Shown one piece after another: positions 58,889 through 64,000 of a DNA stretch of 64,000 nt. Under the pieces are notes generated by a model that worked only from the letters and a program-made list of their open reading frames with translations, ran no database searches and was not told the origin of the DNA. Made by a program: the position numbers and the translations under genes. How positions within the stretch are numbered: the stretch's first letter is position 1; each line of letters opens with the position of its first letter. This DNA comes from Candidatus Falkowbacteria bacterium RIFOXYA2_FULL_47_19 (GTDB lineage Bacteria > Patescibacteriota > Patescibacteriia > Patescibacteriales > UBA12075): positions 168,813 to 232,812 of the forward strand of contig MFGB01000020.1 of the NCBI GenBank assembly GCA_001780275.1, written 5' to 3'.

Positions 58889-59767
58889 ATGAGCCTGGAC
58901 AATTTAGTGAAATATATTCTGGAAATGAACCAGCTTCTGATCACGCCGCGTACCGGATGGGATTTTATCGGCAAGGGGCAGGCGGAAACAGCCGCAGAGC
59001 ACTTGATCGAGACGGCGGTTTTCGCCGATATAATAGCCCGAAAAGAAAAAGAACAAAACGTTGCCATTAATCCAGATCGGGCCTTCGCTATCGGACTTTT
59101 CCACGACGCCCCCAAAGTAAGGACCGGGTACCCGAATCAACAATATTTTTCTAATCATAAAACAGCGGAAGAAGCGGCTTTTAACGATCAAATTCGTTAT
59201 TTGAATAATTATGCGCGACTGAAGCTGACGTTATACCGGAAACACTTCGAAGGCGGCGATAGCCCGGAGGGCGTGATCGCTAAAGACGCAGATCTACTGC
59301 AATGGATTTCGCGGGCCAAAGAATTCGCGGATAAAGGCTATCCTTTGGCTCATTATTGGATCGAGGAAGCCAGGAAAAAACTTCAAACCGAAACAGCCCG
59401 GAAGTCGGCGAAAAACATCATTAGCGGCGAAGATGATATTTATTCGCCCATAGACGCCCATGAAATTTTTTTGTCCTCTGTCCTGGCTTTTGTTCTGGCT
59501 TGTGAAAGCGATCGTTTTGATCCGGAGGCCGCCGCCAGATATATTTCGGATATCAACCGGGGCGGATTCAGGGATGAATTCATTGCTTTAACCAAAGACG
59601 CCCGCAATCTGCAATTTATCGTCCGGGCGGCAAAGAAAGACGCTCACCTGAATTTAAACGAACGGCAGATAAAATATATCGCCGCTCAGATAAAAACCGA
59701 ACCGGCCAGCGGTCTGGCCGCCAGATTCATGTCCCCGGACATACAAAACGTAGCTTGGTGGGGATAA
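58889..59767 (+). CDS. Paralogous HD hydrolase (partly degenerate) with second HD repeat
   Basis: RTGW, ETAAEH, FHDAPKVRTGY and KDADLL; termini closely match the preceding gene. Confidence 0.85.
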   Translation: MSLDNLVKYILEMNQLLITPRTGWDFIGKGQAETAAEHLIETAVFADIIARKEKEQNVAINPDRAFAIGLFHDAPKVRTGYPNQQYFSNHKTAEEAAFNDQIRYLNNYARLKLTLYRKHFEGGDSPEGVIAKDADLLQWISRAKEFADKGYPLAHYWIEEARKKLQTETARKSAKNIISGEDDIYSPIDAHEIFLSSVLAFVLACESDRFDPEAAARYISDINRGGFRDEFIALTKDARNLQFIVRAAKKDAHLNLNERQIKYIAAQIKTEPASGLAARFMSPDIQNVAWWG

Positions 59768-60013
59768 GAAAACTTTAACACAAAACTATATCGCCCGTGC
59801 CTGAACACGGGTTTTTTATTACCTGAAAATTTTATTTTTTCGTTAAATTTCGTAAATATTCGTTGCTTTCGTATTTTGACTTATAAACATCCGGGCACTA
59901 ATCGAAAGAAAAACATGAAATCGCTGAAGACTTATCTTGTTTTGACAAACGGACGATTTTGGCTTACTATAAATATAGCTTTTAAATTATTCAAAAACTT
60001 AAAACCTAAAAAA

Positions 60014-61267
60014 ATGGACTATAAAAATTTAAAACAGAACGACGAAACTGTTTACAAATTGATCCTAAAAGAACAAGGTCGGCAGGCCAGGGAGCTTGAA
60101 ATGATCGCTTCGGAGAATTATGTTTCCCCGGCGGTTATGGAGGCGATGGCCTCGCTCCTGACCAACAAATACAGCGAGGGTTATCCGGGAAAAAGATATT
60201 ACGGCGGCAATCAAGTAATAGACGATGTTGAGACTCTGGCCATAGAGCGGGCGAAAAGATTATTCGGCGCCGATCATGTGAACGTCCAGCCGCTTTCCGG
60301 CTCTCCGGCCAATGCCGCCGTCTATATGGCTTTTTTAAAGCCCGGCGATAAGGTTTTGGGCTTGAAGCTTGACCACGGCGGACATCTTTCGCACGGACAT
60401 CCGGTAAATTTTTCCGGCATGCTTTATAATTTCGTCCAATACGGAGTCGATTCGAAAACCGGCCGGATCGACATGGATGAAGTGGAAGAGATCGCCAAAA
60501 AAGAAAAGCCGAAAATGATCGTGGCGGGCTATAGCGCTTATTCGCGGGAAATAGAATGGGAAAGATTCAAGACGATCGCCGATAAGGTCGGCGCTTATAC
60601 TTTCGCCGATATCGCCCATACTGCGGGGTTGATCGCCGCCGGCGAAATGGACAGTCCGGTCGGGATCTTCGACATCATCACGACCACGACGCACAAAACG
60701 CTTAGGGGACCGCGGGGAGCGGTAATTATGTGCAAGGAAGAATATGCGGCCCAGGTAAATAAGGCGGTTTTTCCGGGGATGCAGGGCGGGCCGCACGATC
60801 ACATCACGGCCGCCAAAGCGGTCGCTTTCGGCGAGGCCCTGAAGCCGGAATTTAAGGTTTACGCGGCCCAGGTTATAAAAAACGCCAAAACTCTGGCGGC
60901 GGAATTCGCGGAAAAAGGCTATCGGGTAATATCCGGCGGTACGGATAATCATCTGATGGTGGTCGATATGACGAATAAGGGCCTATCGGGCAAGGAAGCG
61001 GAAGCTGTTCTTGATCGGATCGGTATTTCCGTTTCCCGTTCGACCGTTCCGAACGATCCCAATCCTCCCATGAATCCTTCCGGCGTCCGTTTCGGAACCC
61101 CGGCCCTGACCACCAGAGGGATGAAAGAAGAAGAGGTAAAGCGGATCGCCGGCTGGATCGAAGCCGCTATTGAGAATAGGGAGAATATCGAGGTATTAGA
61201 TTCTATAAAAAACGAGGTGGAAGAATTATGCGAAGCTTTTCCGGTTCCCGGAATCCATAATTCGTAA
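60014..61267 (+). CDS. glyA: Serine hydroxymethyltransferase
   Basis: EMIASENY, NKYSEGYPGKRYYGG, GGHLSHG, TTTHKTLRGPRG and FPGMQGGP. Confidence 0.99.
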   Translation: MDYKNLKQNDETVYKLILKEQGRQARELEMIASENYVSPAVMEAMASLLTNKYSEGYPGKRYYGGNQVIDDVETLAIERAKRLFGADHVNVQPLSGSPANAAVYMAFLKPGDKVLGLKLDHGGHLSHGHPVNFSGMLYNFVQYGVDSKTGRIDMDEVEEIAKKEKPKMIVAGYSAYSREIEWERFKTIADKVGAYTFADIAHTAGLIAAGEMDSPVGIFDIITTTTHKTLRGPRGAVIMCKEEYAAQVNKAVFPGMQGGPHDHITAAKAVAFGEALKPEFKVYAAQVIKNAKTLAAEFAEKGYRVISGGTDNHLMVVDMTNKGLSGKEAEAVLDRIGISVSRSTVPNDPNPPMNPSGVRFGTPALTTRGMKEEEVKRIAGWIEAAIENRENIEVLDSIKNEVEELCEAFPVPGIHNS

Positions 61268-61279
61268 CTTTTTATTAAG

Positions 61280-62167
61280 ATGACAAAAAAAAATAATTTA
61301 AAAAACATCATAGACGGCAAACTATTAGCCGATAAGATCAAGGATGATATTGTTAAAGAAATAGTGGGCATAAATTACGGCTTGGCGGAAGCGGCTTGGA
61401 ACAGGCCTAATCTGGCGATCATCCTGATCGGAGACCGGGAAGATTCTAAGCTATACGTTGAAATGAAAGAACGGGAAGCAAGGCGGGTGGGTATCGATAC
61501 TAATATTTACCGGTGTGAAGCCGATACCCCCGAAGAAGAGATATTTTCCATGATCGATTTTTTGAATAAAGATAAAACGATAGACGCAATATTGATCCAA
61601 CTCCCCCTGCCGGGCGGTTTTGATACTGACGGACTGATATTGGCGATAGACCCGGCTAAAGACGTTGACCGTTTTCATCCGGACAATCTTAAAATATTAT
61701 TCAGCACCTGCAGCCACGACCAGGTTATGCCGCCGGTATTGGCCTCGGTCCTCGAAATGCTTAAAAGCATCAGATATGATCTAGTGGGCAAGCAGGCTTG
61801 CGTTATCGCCAACTCCGATATCTTCGGCCTGTCTTTGGCCAAAGTCCTCGAGTGCCGGGGCGCAAAAACAATTATAACCAAAGCCGATGATAATCGTTTA
61901 AATAACAAAACCGGAAAGGCCGATATTTTAATCTCGGCAGTCGGCAAAAAAAACTTGATAACCGCGGATATGGTAAAGCCGGACGCGGTCGTGATCGATA
62001 TCGGGATCACGAAAGAGGGAAAAAAGATCTCAGGTGACGTCGATTTCGATAACGTCAAAAAAAACGCCGGCTATATCACGCCGGTGCCGGGCGGAGTCGG
62101 GCCGATGACGATCGCGATGTTATTCAAGAATACTTTGGAGTTATATAAGCGAAGGAAGAAGAGCTAA
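61280..62167 (+). CDS. folD: Bifunctional methylene-THF dehydrogenase/cyclohydrolase
   Basis: IIDGK, ILIQLPLP, KDVD.FH, GDVDF and TPVPGGVGPMTIAML. Confidence 0.97.
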   Translation: MTKKNNLKNIIDGKLLADKIKDDIVKEIVGINYGLAEAAWNRPNLAIILIGDREDSKLYVEMKEREARRVGIDTNIYRCEADTPEEEIFSMIDFLNKDKTIDAILIQLPLPGGFDTDGLILAIDPAKDVDRFHPDNLKILFSTCSHDQVMPPVLASVLEMLKSIRYDLVGKQACVIANSDIFGLSLAKVLECRGAKTIITKADDNRLNNKTGKADILISAVGKKNLITADMVKPDAVVIDIGITKEGKKISGDVDFDNVKKNAGYITPVPGGVGPMTIAMLFKNTLELYKRRKKS

Positions 62168-62170
62168 TAA

Positions 62171-62287
62171 TCAAAAATCCCCAATTTTAAATATCAAATT
62201 ACCATAAACATTGATTTAATAATGTTTTTTATTTTGAATTTGATTTTTTAGAATTTATTTGGAATTTGGGATTTGGTGCTTGGAATT
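62171..62287. repeat. Inverted arrays of degenerate 7-bp repeats
   Basis: tggaatt-tgggatt-tggtgct-tggaatt (62260-62287), opposed by C/A-rich heptamers at 62171-62205. Confidence 0.6.
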
Positions 62288-62301
62288 TTATCCACAAATA
62301 A

Positions 62302-64000
62302 ATGACTGACATAACCAACAAAAAACAACAAACCATCGAGCTTTTAAAAATACATTGGGGCTATGATTCTTTCCGTCCCGGGCAGGAACGGGTTATAGAT
62401 AATATTCTCGCCGGAAAATCCACCGTGGTCATAATGCCGACCGGCGGCGGAAAATCCTTATGTTTTCAATTGCCGGCTTTAGTGCTCTCCGGCGTTACTC
62501 TCGTTATTTCGCCCCTGATCGCTCTTATGAAAGACCAGGTGGACGGCCTCCATAGGCTGGGCATACCGGCGACTTTTATAAATTCGTCCATTAGCGCCGA
62601 CGAAACAGCCGAACGTCTGGCGGCCGTTAAAAGCGGTAATTTTAAACTTCTTTATATCGCTCCGGAAAGATTTTATAATCCGGAATTTGTAGCCGCTCTT
62701 AAGGATATGGAAGTAAGCCTTTTCGCCGTGGACGAAGCCCATTGCATCAGCCAATGGGGCCACGATTTCCGCCCGAGCTATATAAAATTACGGCAGGCGA
62801 TAGAAGCGGTCGGCAACCCGACGGTGGCCGCCTTGACGGCTACGGCCACGCCGGAAGTGCGGGAAGATATCGTCAAACAGCTTGATTTAAAATCGCCTGA
62901 GCTGGTCGTTACCGGTTTCTCCCGTCCCAATCTTCAATTCGGCGTAATACATGCCAGGGAATCGGAAAAGCCGCGCTTCATTTTAGACGCGATCGCGAGC
63001 GCTCCGGATGAGCACGGTATTATTTACACAAGCACCCGGGCGCGGGTAGATAATCTTACCCAAGTACTTTTAGAAAATAATATTGAAGCGGTCGGATACC
63101 ACGCCGGTCTTGATGCCGACGACCGGCGCTGGGTCCAGGGAAATTTTATGTCCGGCCAAGCCAAGGTTATCGTCGCCACCAACGCTTTCGGACTGGGAAT
63201 AGACAAGGCTAATATCCGGTATGTGATCCACTACGATATGCCGGGCACGATCGAGGCTTATTACCAGGAGGCCGGACGCGCCGGACGCGACGGCAAACCG
63301 AGTTTTTGTCTCCTGCTTTTTAATTCCCGCGACCGGCATCTGCATGAATTCTTCATTAAAGGCGATAATCCGCCGCCGGAATTGATCGCGGAAATCTATG
63401 AAACCCTCAAGGCTTACGAGTCTGACACTGTCCTTATCACGTACGCCGAGCTTGGCAAGCTTCTTACGGAAAACGTGCCGGAAATGGCGATCGGCACCTC
63501 TTTAAAACTTCTGGAAAAAGAGGGTTATATCGCCCGGACGCGCGAAAAAAGCGGCAACGCTTACTTAGCACTCCTTAAAAGCGCCGATACGATCCGGGAA
63601 ACTTTCGGCGCGCGGGCGAAAAAACAAAAAGAAATATTCGACGCGCTTTACGGTAAATACGGCCGGGAGATGGAAAACGGCTGGGATATAAACCTGGAGG
63701 AGGTGGCGGCGGTAATCGGCGCCGGCCGGGAGTCTTTAGCCCGTTTTATTCGCAAGCTTTCGGAGCAGGGCTTGGCTGAATACAAACCTCCTTTCCGGGG
63801 GACGGAAATAAAGATACTCAAACGGGTGGAAACGGATGAATTAAAAATCGATCGCGAGGCTCTGGCCCGCAAAATCAGACACGCCCACCAAAAACTTGAC
63901 CGTATGGAAGATTATGTTTATGACTTCGGCTGCCGCCAGAAGTACATTCTCGGTTATTTCGGCGACCCTGAAGCTAAAGCGTGCCGAAAGTGCGACACCT
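62302..64000 (+). CDS. recQ: ATP-dependent DNA helicase RecQ, 3'-truncated by the window (absent from ORF track)
   Basis: Read directly from sequence: [50 protein letters not shown] and [12 protein letters not shown]. Confidence 0.97.
   Translation, partial: MTDITNKKQQTIELLKIHWGYDSFRPGQERVIDNILAGKSTVVIMPTGGGKSLCFQLPALVLSGVTLVISPLIALMKDQVDGLHRLGIPATFINSSISADETAERLAAVKSGNFKLLYIAPERFYNPEFVAALKDMEVSLFAVDEAHCISQWGHDFRPSYIKLRQAIEAVGNPTVAALTATATPEVREDIVKQLDLKSPELVVTGFSRPNLQFGVIHARESEKPRFILDAIASAPDEHGIIYTSTRARVDNLTQVLLENNIEAVGYHAGLDADDRRWVQGNFMSGQAKVIVATNAFGLGIDKANIRYVIHYDMPGTIEAYYQEAGRAGRDGKPSFCLLLFNSRDRHLHEFFIKGDNPPPELIAEIYETLKAYESDTVLITYAELGKLLTENVPEMAIGTSLKLLEKEGYIARTREKSGNAYLALLKSADTIRETFGARAKKQKEIFDALYGKYGREMENGWDINLEEVAAVIGAGRESLARFIRKLSEQGLAEYKPPFRGTEIKILKRVETDELKIDREALARKIRHAHQKLDRMEDYVYDFGCRQKYILGYFGDPEAKACRKCDT

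Noticed and set aside
15598..60013. Extended N-termini in the ORF track for padR, trmD, recA, ssb, prs and glyA
   Set aside because: They run through promoter, terminator or AT-rich intergenic DNA; downstream ATGs fit the family N-termini or an SD.
1..64000. tRNA, rRNA, CRISPR arrays, IS/integrase/prophage genes, alternative genetic code
   Set aside because: None recognised by eye. TGA terminates genes at expected positions (e.g. after the ThiS AGG), consistent with code 11. A tRNAscan/Infernal run would be needed to exclude atypical RNAs.

Overview
This is a 64-kb bacterial chromosome segment with no rRNA, tRNA, CRISPR array or recognisable transposase. Gene content points to a Patescibacteria/CPR organism, probably Parcubacteria/Falkowbacteria-like (inference). 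The supporting traits are TrbC/VirB2-type pilins, a ComEA-lamin-tail surface protein, the GRILLQVE repeat protein, rpsP-khpA-trmD without rimM, and housekeeping genes without Shine-Dalgarno sites. Core genes are gyrA, ftsK, cca, smc, rpsP, khpA, trmD, comM, recA, efp, rpsF-ssb-rpsR, ychF, prs, glyA, folD and recQ (partial). They are interleaved with accessory units that often carry their own sigma70 promoter, a boxA-like motif and a strong SD. Main points of interest: (1) a promoter- and terminator-bounded ~290-nt ncRNA candidate (54285-54576, minus) whose ends pair in two 12-bp helices around a hairpin and a long, nearly G-free A/C-rich loop; (2) directly downstream, an operon of L-lysine 6-transaminase, an AOR-family tungsten/molybdopterin oxidoreductase, a ThiS/MoaD protein and a GG-less ThiS paralogue, suggesting amino-acid semialdehyde oxidation, with a stand-alone proline dehydrogenase elsewhere in the window; (3) tandem HD proteins, each with an internal degenerate HD repeat; (4) an apparently hinge-less SMC, several structured leaders, and small ORFs missed by the ORF track. 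All assignments come from reading motifs by eye, without database searches.
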